A stretch of DNA of 62,967 nucleotides, filler included, from Basidiobolus meristosporus CBS 931.73 (lineage: Eukaryota; Fungi; Basidiobolomycota), in assembly GCA_002104905.1 (NCBI GenBank). It is 5 parts of 5 records of this genome, joined end to end, with 100 filler letters (N's around TTAATTAATTAA, not from the genome) between each part and the next. Parts side by side here need not be neighbours in the genome. Positions count along the whole stretch, not along the records: positions 1 to 16,809 come from MCFE01001110.1; positions 16,910 to 27,159 come from MCFE01001304.1; 3 more parts are not named here. The stretch is one strand, 5' to 3'. Shown piece by piece: positions 13,661 to 25,300 of this stretch. The notes beneath the pieces were generated by a model. That model was not told where the DNA came from. It saw only the letters and a program-made list of their open reading frames with translations, and did not search any database. Every line of letters starts with the position of its first letter. The first letter of the stretch is position 1. The position numbers and the translations under genes were made by a program.

Positions 13661-16600
13661 ATGACGAACAGCGACAAATCTAAGCCTGAACCTTATATAC
13701 TAATAGATAGAAGAGCCTCCCCGTCCAAGACCCTTTTAGAGTTGAATAATCGCCGAATATTTAATTTATCTTGGCCAGTCATACTGGTGGCACTGGCCAC
13801 ATTAACATGCTTTGGGCTCGTTTTGGACTCCTTTCTGAATCATCAGCTTGATCCCAGAGGATGCGAGATGTCTTACATGCGCCCTGTTTTCTTGAAGCAG
13901 AATGATTTCAATCAATCTCATACAATATACACCAAAAAGTATGAACTTTATCTGTACCGTGAACATGGTTACGACCAAACCGTCTCGGTAAGCATTTCTC
14001 CACATCCTCTCCTCTCCTCTCAGTTACTAATGGATTCCCTGGTAACAGCCTAATGGAATACCTGTCCTGTTCATTCCTGGTAATGCTGGTAGTTATAAGC
14101 AAGTGCGTTCCATCGCTTCAGGAGCCGCCGAGCTGTATTATGACACAATAGCTCGTCAGGAAGGAGCAGTGAAGAACGGCGTTTTGAATCTGGATTTCTT
14201 TTCAGGTAACAATAGAGAATGCCCGGCTGTTTTCCCTAAAGGTTACTGAACAATGGCCAAATTTCTAGTGGATTTCAACGAAGAGCTTACTGCTCTGCAT
14301 GGGCACTCTCTTCTTGAGCAAGCTGAGTATGTGAACGATGCGATTCGATATATCCTTGCGCTATACCAGGGGCGGAATTCCTACCCGACATATCCCGCCG
14401 CCCAATTTCCAATCCCAAAGTCGGTTCTTATCATTGGCCATTCCATGGGCGGTGTAGTTGCCAGAACCTTGATTACCATGCCTAATTATCTGGAAGAATC
14501 CATCAACACGATCCTCACTTTAGCCACGCCCCATATGGCACCTCCAGCGCCGTTCGAGAGAGTTGGGACAAATGTCTATTCTCGCATCGCAGAATACTGG
14601 AAATCTGGATATGCAAACGAGACCACGTCCAGTGCTTTCGAAAACATGGCCTTGATATCTGTGGCAGGCGGGAACCATGATACCATGATCTCATCAGACC
14701 TTGCCGATATTAGTCCAGTTGTTCCTCCTTCCAACGGATTCACAGTATTCACCACAACCATACCTGATGTCTGGCTCACCATGGATCACCAATGTATTCT
14801 TTGGTGTGCAGAGATTGTGCGCACGGTGTCGAAAACTCTTTTATCAGTGGTCGATGCCAGAGAACCTGGCCAAACCAAGCGTATTGATGAGCGGATGTTC
14901 GAGTTCAGAAGAAATTTACTTAGTGGGTTGGAGACGGACCTGATTCACCAGTTGGTTGACAATTCGAAAGGTAGATAGCGTACATTGTATATCTCTGGCC
15001 CACTCTCTAAATCTTGTATGCATAGATACCTCTACACTCATTGATCTCAACGCCACTTTGCACGAAATGGTCCCTATCGAGAAGCGACTTGTGCTTGGCG
15101 GAAGAAAGAACGACTCGAAAACTTACCCGATGCTTTATCTTCACGACATTTCAGCTTGCAACTCTTCTTTTGCGCTTCTTACTAATCGGAAGCCTGGCAA
15201 GCACAACTTTTTCAACATTCTTCTGTGCAAAGGCACTGACCAGACGGAGGCCATCGATTGTCTGGATATTTCTCACGTCGCTGCTCCGCTTCCTGGGGAC
15301 TCCCAGCAAGGAAGCAACGGGCGCGTGTGGTTCATGGATTTGGATGCTGATATGTTACGCCCTTACACCTACATCGGCGTGAATCACAGTCGCGGTGGTT
15401 ACTGGAGCTCTGATGAGTACCTATCAGCAGAATTCTATCATCCAGAGGAGAACAGGATCGACATCAAGTTCTCTCTCTTCCACCTATTCGAAAGCATTGA
15501 AGTCACCCCTTTCCCAAGAAGAAAGACACTGTACAACACACTCCACATTGAAATCGAAGAAAGCCCCCTGCTTGCATACCGTATGTCGGTCACCCCGCTC
15601 AACAGCAACCAAGACTCGGCTCAACCGAGTTTATTCCCGCCAATGATCCGCCAATACTCGTCCTCGCCGATGCACGAGTCGAAATTCTGGTACAATGCCA
15701 GCGAAGCCAACGTTAATTATCACGGACCTAGTCCTTTCGCTATGATGCAGCCCTCCCTACTGCAGCCTTTTGTACGTCCGGCTTGGAAGGGCGTGGAGTT
15801 CCAATTCTGGGTAGATCCAGACACGAACAGTCAATACAAGGTGGAATTCTGGCTGGACTGGTACGGCAGTCTCGGAAGAACGTTCAAAAGATGCGACATG
15901 GTTGTTGCCGCGTTCCCCTTCTTAATCATCATCAAGTTGTTCCAGATCCAATTCTCATTCTGGAATAAGAATGGTAGGGATGGTTTTAGATATATTCAAC
16001 TTCTTCCAATGTTTCTCACATGTTCGCATCATGGTAGGCGTGTTTCCAACATTTGGCCACGTTCTGAAGCTGTTCATTAGAATCCATCTCTGGAAATATG
16101 TGATTCTCGTCTCGATGCTGGGTATTGTTCAATCGATATTGCTGCCGTTGCTTCAAAGCGCCTCCTTCTCTCACTGGAAGCCCTGCCCATCAACATCAAC
16201 GGAATCCTTGTTGGCGACAGAGGCTCGATTTTGTGGATACTCAACCCACTCTTTTTAGTAATGGCGGTGGGTATCGTGATTGTCATTTGGCTATTGATCA
16301 CCTGGTTATCATTATTATCTCCGAAATCTCCGGCTTCGTTGAGAAGCGGATTCCAGGGCTGGCTGGGTTTATCAGCAGGTATGTGTGTGTGTGTGTGGTT
16401 GTTTGCGTTCAATGAATTCGCCTCTGATACGGATGCATTGTAGACCAAATGAATCCGATGCCAAACGAGTGAAGCGTCGTGTGATCACTACAGTCATTTT
16501 GTTCCTGTTGGTATCTACGTTTGTTCCTTTCCAGTTTGCCTATTGTAGCGCTTTCTTGGTGCAACTCTTTTCATGCGGTCCGTTCGATGCTACGTGCCAA

Positions 16601-16809
16601 GAGTCCGGTAACGATTTCGATGCCACGTGTTTCACAATAGGAGTCGTAACTAAACCGAACTTTTTTCAACCCAGAACAAGGGAAAAGACTCCGCGCAAGC
16701 ACTATGGGATCGCTATCATTACCAGTCACAAGCATGCTGCTGCTAATGTTCACTCTGCTTCCATACAACATCCACAGTGTTGTTGTATGGATTCGAAATC
16801 TGGCTGCCC
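13661..16809 (+). CDS. BST1: GPI inositol-deacylase (PGAP1/Bst1), multi-exon, 3' end lost in the assembly gap
   Basis: [35 protein letters not shown] lipase motif and DHQCILWC, followed by C-terminal TM segments. Confidence 0.92.
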
Positions 16810-16909
16810 NNNNNNNNNNNNNNNNNNNNNNNNNNNNNNNNNNNNNNNNNNNNTTAATTAATTAANNNNNNNNNNNNNNNNNNNNNNNNNNNNNNNNNNN
16901 NNNNNNNNN
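16810..16909. other. Artificial assembly spacer (N44-TTAATTAATTAA-N44); identical spacers at 27160-27259, 44410-44509 and 55700-55799
   Basis: Four identical 100-bp blocks; TTAATTAATTAA gives stops in all six frames. Confidence 0.97.
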
Positions 16910-17258
16910 TAAAGTCTTGGTATCAGAGTTGTAGAGGAATTGAGTGGTTAGCTAGTATTGTATTCACTAAAAGTTGAACTGACCTTTATTGGGTCTCAGC
17001 AGCTGTTTATATGCATTTTGCCAGATCAATTACTGACTAATTGCATTTCTTGATGTAGCTTATGGCTGATGACTTGTTTGATTGCATCATCATCACCCAA
17101 CAAGATACTACTTAATGTCTGTATTTCTGTCTAATTCATTTGCTGACCAATGCTACTGAGCTGATAGATAACACTGATATACTGATAGGCTAAACATATA
17201 ACTATTTATTTGACTAAAAACTGTTCTAACTCCAATATTCAAGCAGTGGATTATGACT
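16910..17258 (-). repeat. Gypsy family C LTR copy, truncated by the gap
   Basis: Colinear with LTRs 37262-37630 and 41833-42201. Confidence 0.85.
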
Positions 17259-17269
17259 AATGCATCTAC

Positions 17270-19000
17270 AGCTTTAGTGCAAAGTGTTTTGATAGGACTC
17301 AAGCAGCTCTACTACAAACACAAAGCTCAATGCGTAGATCATTGTCACTACTGTATTCAGTTGCTACTCCATCTTGCTTAGTGTTTTGAGAAATTTTGGC
17401 CTTGCTTTACTGTTTGGGAGTTTCCTATGGAACAGATGTGTGGGGAGATAGGAAGACAAGTCAAGTTGCAGGTACTACTATATCCCAATCTCATCAAGAA
17501 TATTACCTTCAGGTCTGTCATAGATGTGATGAGTTGGCGCATGGAGGACAGCCAGAAAGAGCTGGAAAATACTGAGGACAGATGTGCACATGGTGACACC
17601 CATGGCTATGGCATTAGGAAGCTAAGTAGCACCAATGCATTGGTAATTGTTAAGTAATGCATAGTTGGGTTGGGAGCAACAAGCAACTAATTTCTATTAG
17701 GAAAGCTATACCACAGTATACCAGGTTCCTATTAGTCACAAGCCAATTTCTACACCATTCATTATGGAATTCAAACACACAACAGCCAGAGTGCACCTAT
17801 AATGTGGACTGGAATCCAGCAGGGAGAAGGAGTATATTGCTAAAAACTAAGATATTCAGGATGTGTTCATGGCAGATGTGGTAGCAACAAAGTACATGCT
17901 TGCAGAATGTATATGTTACCAGCAATACAAGGTATATGGCATTTGTGCAAGTATCACACTAAAAGGTTTTAAAGTTGAGGTTATAGAAGTATGTCAATTG
18001 TGGCAGGTGTGTGCCTTTGCAGAGGTTAGTGAGCAGGAGGCCATAGTATGTCTTGATCTAAACTATATGCAGAATACCCAAGATGATAGTGGGTATGTAA
18101 ATAAAGTGGGATAATTCTATAGTAGAATACATATATTAGACTTGTTCTGTTGGATAGTGCCACATTGAGCCATGAGTGCCAAATGATGCCATAGTGTGCC
18201 AGGGAGGCTAAGTGAGCCTATACTTGGCCACAGAGTGTGAAACATAGATCTGCATCTTCATGCAAAGCAGCCCCTGTGCTTCACCAATTGTGTTGGAGAA
18301 AATCCACTTTTTGACCTTTTTTATTAGGTCAATGTTGTGCAGGATGTGTAAGAGCACAAAAGGATTGAAAATATGCATCAGGTACTCAATACCCATGGCA
18401 CTCTGAATCTAGCTCCTGTGGCTTGCAACATGTCACAACAATGCATGGCACTATCTTGGTCCACTGGTACTATCTGGCACTATATTTAATTATTAGCCCT
18501 AAAGTAAGATCTATACAAAGCACTTATAGTGCCAGATAGTACCAGTGGACCAAGATAGTGCCATGCATTGTTGTGACATGTTACAAGCCACAGGAGCTAG
18601 ATTCAGAGTGCCATGGGTATTGAGTACCTGATGCATGTCTTCAGTCCTTCTGTGCTCTTACACATCCTGCATAACATTGATCCACAGAAAAACGTCAAAA
18701 AATGGATTTTCTCCTGCATCATAGGTGAAACACAGGGGCTGCTTTGCATGAAGATGCAGATCCATGTTTCACACTCTGTGGCCAAGTATAGGCTCACTTG
18801 GCCCCTCTGGTACACAATGGCATCATTTGGCACTCATGGCTCAATGTGGCACTATCCAACGGAACAAGTCTATAGTACAAGAGGAGGTAGAAAAAGGATA
18901 TGTTATTTGGTTAATTGGTATGGTAGCATTAAGCAGAACTAGCTGTAAGCTACCATACTGCCATGATAATACCATCAGAGGCTAGCAATGAGGGTGTCTA
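17270..19000 (+). mobile_element. EnSpm/CACTA (Tnp2-type) transposase 3' remnant interrupted by the foldback element
   Basis: Peptide WEFPMEQMCGEIGRQVK..YPNLIKN resembles the W.FPMER.CG motif of fungal CACTA transposases. Inverted homolog at 20480-21710. Confidence 0.6.
18137..18872. mobile_element. Foldback element copy 1: arms 18137-18484 and 18525-18872 (348 bp each), 40-bp spacer
   Basis: The arms are reverse complements (TAGACTTGTTC...GAACAAGTCTA). A second copy of the same length lies at 57233-57968. Confidence 0.93.
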
Positions 19001-19559
19001 AACACCTTTGAGTTTGTTGCCATATAAGGCAATCAGATGTACTGGCCAGTTAGATCCACTCAATTAGTTGTCAAGTGCACTAAGTCTGCACCAAAGCCAT
19101 GCTACTCTTGGCCAAATACCTTGCAAACAATGCAATATTTTTTAACATTACTTGGCAGTAAAATTAGCCAAACACTGTTGTGATTCTGTCACAAGATCAT
19201 GTAGATAGTCATTGATTCCAAGCTGCTGATATTATTGCAGTCTCATAATGGGAAATTGATGGATGATCTGGATTGAATTTACCTGCAGCACCAAATTGTT
19301 TTTCATAGGTTGAGGTATGGAAAATGTTGATCCTTAGGAGTTTTGGAGCAAATCCCCTAAATGTCATAAATTTGACTCTAATACTGTCCATTGCTCCCAG
19401 AAAAGCCTACTGTTTTGATGATTCCTGAGGTAACTCCACTCCAAATAGTAATATGCTCCTTGACATGGCAGCTACTGACCAGTATCCTATTGGGGAGCAT
19501 ACAAGAAATCATGAACCAATGGATACAGGTAGCTATCCAGGTTGAACAGTAATTTATGC

Positions 19560-19871
19560 ACAGTTATCAGTGAGACCACAAAATCCTGTTCAGATCAAAT
19601 TTCTTGTTGGGAATTACTTGTAATATTTTCAACTAATTATCAGGTACACATATTATGATATTTGTTAATGTTGTCCAAAAGTCCCCAAACTTTGCACACA
19701 TATTCTTGGGACCTTCCTTAACAAACTAAACATGTTTGTCTGCTCTAATTTGTCAAAAGTATAAGTACTATACATTTGATCAATAAATCTTCAAGTGAAT
19801 AACATCCAAGCCCTTAAGTTTTCCTCATCACTTCCAATGCTAATCAGAATATTGCAGTAGGTTATGAGCCC
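19560..19871 (+). repeat. Copia A2-type LTR fragment with PBS GGTTATGAGCCC (19860-19871)
   Basis: Similar to 29153-29497; the PBS follows the LTR end directly. Confidence 0.7.
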
Positions 19872-20479
19872 AAAGCTTGCTGTCCTCTTGGTGTCTTCTT
19901 TGTCTAGGAACCACTCCTGCTAGTCTGTAGAATGACTCTCTGCACTTTTGCTCTGCCAGAGTTAAAGTTGACCACTACTGCTCAAAGAACTATGTTCATG
20001 AGAATATTGCTGCAGAGAGGAAGGCTTTAACTTCAAAAGACTCATTCAGTAGCTACTCAAGCCAGTTACAAAGGAAAGTCTATCAGCCAGATGTGTAAAT
20101 ATGTCAACAAATATTGTACATTGGTGCTCTACCACTACAGAAGAGAATTGAAAAAAAAAATCTGGTCCTGCATATGTACTAAATCTGGATCAGCTGTCAA
20201 TATCCCATTAGGAGATCATAATCATGTCAGCAGTGTGGAGTTAATGACTATGTACAAAATCTTATGACAGGATCACAACAGCATTTGTCTAATTTTAAAA
20301 CCAAGTGATTTTAAAAAAGCGTAACAGTGTTTGCAAGGTATTTTGCCAAAGGTGACATAGCTTTGTTGCAGTCTTTGTGTGTTCTACAATATTTGACTCT
20401 ATCTAACTTGCCAGTACATCCAATTGCCTTACATGACAAACAACTTGACGGTGTTTTGACAACCTCATTGCAAGCTGCT

Positions 20480-22140
20480 CATGGACTATCATGGCAGTAT
20501 GGCATCCCATAGCTGGTTCTGTATAATGCCATTGTACCAACTAACCAAATGGTGCCTCCTTTTTCTACCACCCTTTGTGCAATCCATATATTCCAATGCA
20601 GAATAACCTCTCCATATTTGCTTACCCACTACCACCTTGGGTATTTTACATATAGTTTAAATCTAAAAATACTATGGCCTGCTGTTTACTAGCTTCTACA
20701 GACACTCACACCTGTGGCAATTGACCTACTTCTATCACCTCAACCTAACAGCTCTTTAGTGTGATACTTGCAAAGTTGCCATACACCTTGTATTGCTGGT
20801 TGCATATACATCTTGCAAACATACGCTTGGTTGCAGCCACTTCTGCCATGAACACATCCTGAATATCTGCAAGAAACATTTTGGTTTTCAGCCAATATAC
20901 TCCTTCTCCCTGCTGGATTCCAGTCCCCCTTATAGGTGTGCTCTGGCTCTTGTTTGAGTGAATTCTGTATTGAACGGTATAGAAATTGGCTTGTGACCAC
21001 AAGAAATCTGGCATACCTTGGTAAAACTTTCCTAATAGAAATTAGTTGCTTGTTGCACCAAACCCAACTCTGCATTACTTCACTGTGTTATAAGTCTTGG
21101 TATAAGAGTTGTAGAGGAATAGGGAGTTTAGCTAGTATTGTATTCACTAAAACTTGAACTGATCTTTATGGAGATTCCAGCAGCTCCTTATATACATTTT
21201 GCCAGATCAATTGCCAACTAATTGTATATTCTAATGTAGGCTGTGGCTGATTACTCACTTGATTGCATCATCATCACCCAATAAGATACTACTTAATGTA
21301 TCTATTTCTGTCTGATTCATTTGCTGACTAATGCTACTGATTTGATAGAAAATTACCAATGCATTGGGGCTGCTTAGCTTCTTAGTACCATAGGCATTGG
21401 TGTCTCCATATACACATCTGTACTCAGAATTTTCCTGCTCTTTCTGGCTGTCCTCCATGTGCCAACCCATCACATCCATGATGGACTTGAAGGTAATGTT
21501 CTTGATGTGATTGGAATATAGTAGTACCTGCAACTTGACTTCTCCTCTTATCTCCCCACACATCTGCCCCATAGAAAACTCTGTGTGCTAACTCATGACA
21601 TCCATGACAGACTTGAAGGTAATATTCTTGATGAGACTGGGATATAGTAGCACCTGCAACTTGACTTGACTTCTTATCACCCTACATATTTGCTCTATAG
21701 GAAACTCCTAAATGGTGAAGCAAGGCCCAGTAATCTCAACACACCAAGCAAGATAGAGTGACAAATAGATACAGTAGTGGCAGAGATCTACGCTCTCAAC
21801 TCTATGCTTGTAGTATAGCAGCTCAAGTCCTGTCACCAACTTGTTGCACAAAAGCTGTAGATGTGTCAAGTTGACATTGATGACCTGCTTCTGGATAAAT
21901 ATTGCTACAATGTCAACATATGACTCCCAAAGCTTCCAATGCACTCTTGGTAGAAATGGCTTCATAAGGCAATATGACTAAATACATATACAGTTCATCC
22001 AGTCCTTGCACTTGTACTGTTGCATATATGTATGAATAGGGACTGGAGCCACTGAGAAGTACTTGGGGTAGCAAATACTCTGTAATATCTTGCCAATTCT
22101 TCAAATTTCTTTGGTTTCTTGATGGGCTCATTTAGCTTGA
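20480..22140 (-). mobile_element. EnSpm/CACTA transposase remnant with a truncated LTR C insertion (21086-~21350) and an internal ~130-bp tandem duplication
   Basis: Frames give WKLWESYVDIVAIF..LLYYKHRVESVDLCHYCIYLSLYLAWCVEITGPCFTI and NWQDITEYLLPQVL, typical of the Tnp2-family C-terminal half. Confidence 0.65.
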
Positions 22141-22164
22141 GATGCCCTGAGTACATCTTTGTCA

Positions 22165-22305
22165 ATACAATTAGTCAGCACTTGACCTGGTAAAATGTAT
22201 ATAAGGAGCTGCGGTAACTATAGCAAGAATCAGTTGAAGTCTTAGTGAAACTATACTAGCTAAACTCCCTGCTACTTGACAACTCTTACATCAAGACTAG
22301 TATTA
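22165..22305 (+). repeat. Partial Gypsy LTR C in the opposite orientation
   Basis: Reverse complement of the LTR C block agagttgt..agggagtttagctagt..tatatacattt. Confidence 0.65.
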
Positions 22306-22329
22306 TCCTTAGCAGCACTATCCAGAAAC

Positions 22330-25300
22330 TGTTGAAATATTGGACTATTTGGTATCATTCAGCAGCTAAAAATTTACTCAACAATTCTAGACTAGTCTTA
22401 GTCACTGTAGGACTCATTTACTGCCTTAACTTTGCCACTTTCTCCAGATATATGATCTTATGATTATTCCCCTATAGTAAGGATCAAATTAGCCTTATTA
22501 CCAAGCATTATGCACTAACCCTGAAACTGCTACAGAATGCTCCTGAATATTGAGAAACCCTCCCTACTTAGTGTTGCAGCTGTATTACTTCTACAAAGGT
22601 ATAAATACTGTGCTTCTTTATGAATAAACAACAGTTCAACTATTATCACTATTTCTTGATAAGTTCCTTATATCCAAATCACTTCTTAAATTGCAACAGG
22701 TTATGAGCCCTGATTGCCTTAATCTATTCTAAAGATGACTTCTACCAGCAAACAAAGCAATACCAACTTCTTCCCAGTATAGGAGAGGTTTGATGGGAAG
22801 AACTACAGACTTTGGAGAATCAAGATGCATATCCACCTTGAGGAAAGAAAGCTTTGGAACATAGTAACAGGAAAGGAAGTTGAGCCCAAAGGAGCAGCAG
22901 AAGATGTGGAGAAGTTTCAAGAGAAAGCAAGAAAGGCCTTCAATGCCATATGCATCAATGTGCAAGACTCCTTCATTGGACAAATCCATGCCTCAAATAT
23001 TGCCAAAGCAGCATGGGAATCCTTAGAAAAGATCTTTAGAGCAAAGTCATTATCAAGCAAGCTTTATTTGAAACAATAGTTCTTCAACATGAGGAAGAAG
23101 CCAGATGATGACATGCTACAACTCATTACCAGAATGGAGACACTTGCAGAAGAGCTTTACAGTATTAATGCTGGTGTAGATGATGAAGAAAAGATACTCT
23201 GTCTGCTTTGCAGCCTACCAGACAAGTATGAGCCACTCATAGTTTCTTTTGAAAGCAGAGAAGACAACTTGACTTTAGAATATGTCAAAGGAAGACCTCT
23301 CCATGAAGAACTCAAACGTAATGATCAAGGAGAGAAGATTGAAGATAATGCTTTATTCAGTTCAGAAAGACATACAGAAAAGAAGGGAAAGCAACAAAAC
23401 CGAAGAAAATCTGGCTGCTGTAACTACTGTAAGAAGCCAGGACACTAGGCAAGAGAATGCAAGAAGAAACAAGCAGACAAAAAACTGAAACTAGAGCAGG
23501 CAAACCATATAACTACTGATGAACAGTTATTTGTAACTGTACAAGAGAGTGCAAGTAACCAAAGTAATGAATGGTATATTGACTCTGGAGCATCACAGCA
23601 TACTTGTGGTATAAAGGATTGGTTCAGCAACTTAAAGATTATTCCTGTAAGAAAGGTTTGTCTGGGAGATAACTCAGCATTGGAAGCTACCGCCAGTGGG
23701 TGTATACAACTAAACATGAGTGATAACTCAGGGGCAACAACAGCAAAACTGACTGACATACTCTATGTACCTTGAATAGCTAAGAACCTACTCTCAGTCA
23801 GTAAAGCAACTACTCAGGGACTGAAATTTGTTTTTACTAAGCTGAGCTGCTCAATATTGAGTGAATATGGACAAAAATTAGCTTTGGGAATCAGAGATCA
23901 CAATATATACAAGCTACAATGCAAGATCATTGTACCTGAGTATGTCAACATTGCTGAAACTGATGAAACCAACTGGAAGATGTGGCATCGGAGGCTAGGA
24001 CACATAGGGGAAAAGAAAATAAACCAATTGGTGAAAAATCAGCTTGTTTTGGGCCTAAAATACTCAATTCCAATCAAATTGAATGTTTGTAAGGGATGTT
24101 CATATGGCAAACAAGCTAGGCAATGTTTCAAGAGCTCAGAAGGCATCAATACCACCAAAATATTGGCTATTGTACATTCAGACATATGTGGCCCCATGAG
24201 AACACTTTCCTTTGGAGCCAAGAGTTACTTTATGATGTTTATTGATGACAAGACAAGATATACATGGGTGTACTTCCTCAAAACAAAGGATGAAGCTTTA
24301 GAGATGTTTAAGCACATCAAGAACATGGCAGAAACACAAACTGGATGTAAATTGAAGGTACTACAAAGTGACAATGAAGGAGAATACTGCTCTAAGGAGT
24401 TTGCAAAATACTGCTTGTCTACTGGTATACTCCAACAGACCACAGTTCCTCATACCTACAGCAAAATGGAGTAGCAGAATGTGCAAATAGAACAATTGTA
24501 GAGATGGGAAGATCTATGCTACATGATAAGGGAATGGAATACAAGTTTTGGGCTGAGTCTGTTGCTACCGCTGTATACATCAAGAACAGATGCCCAACAA
24601 CAGCACTACATGATTCTACACCCTTTGAAGCATATATAGGCAAAGAACCAGATCTCCAGCACCTCAGGATCTTTGGCAGTGATGTATTTTATCACATCCC
24701 CAACAAAAAACACTCAAAGTTGTAACCAAAGAGTAGGAAAGGGATCTTTCTTGGGTATTGTGAAGATACTAAAGGGTATAGAGTGTATGATGGCAAAATT
24801 CAGAAGCTGATCAAGAGCAGGCATGTTGTATTTGAGGTGAATTCAGATCAGAAAGCCACGGAAATCATTGGCCAGCTGCCTGATGATGCAATCAACACTA
24901 ATGAAGAAGATACGTACCAAATCCAGCCAGAGATGGGAGATACTTCTACCAGTTCCAGATCAGAACAGATTATCCCAGTTAGGAGATCTACCAGAATAAG
25001 AAATGCCCCTTGATCCTGGTGGCAGACATCCAATGATCATGAAGAAGCTTATCTTGCCTTATGTGCCAAAACTCAGAATATGGAACAGGCAATGCAAGGT
25101 CCAGATGCTACTAAGTGGCAACAAGACATGCAGGAGGAGTACCAATCACTGATCAAGGCAAAAACGTGGGAACTGGTAGATTTGCCAAATGGGAGAAAGC
25201 CAATAGGATGTAGATGGGTCTACAAGATCAAGATAACCTCAAATGGTGCCGTTGATAAGTACAAGGCTAGATTGGTAGCTAAAGGCTATTCCCAGATCCA

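Noticed and set aside
16382-16397. (TG)n microsatellite in a BST1 intron
   Set aside because: Short, ordinary simple repeat.
16854-16865. TTAATTAATTAA palindrome repeated four times
   Set aside because: Always centred in identical N runs; it is an assembly spacer, not biology.
18613-18942. Repeated ORF MGIEYLMH..MWHYPTEQV in foldback arms
   Set aside because: Stops occur in other arms (TAA in the 57621 arm; a 62-aa truncation at 18208) and no domain is recognisable. It is a by-product of the repeat.
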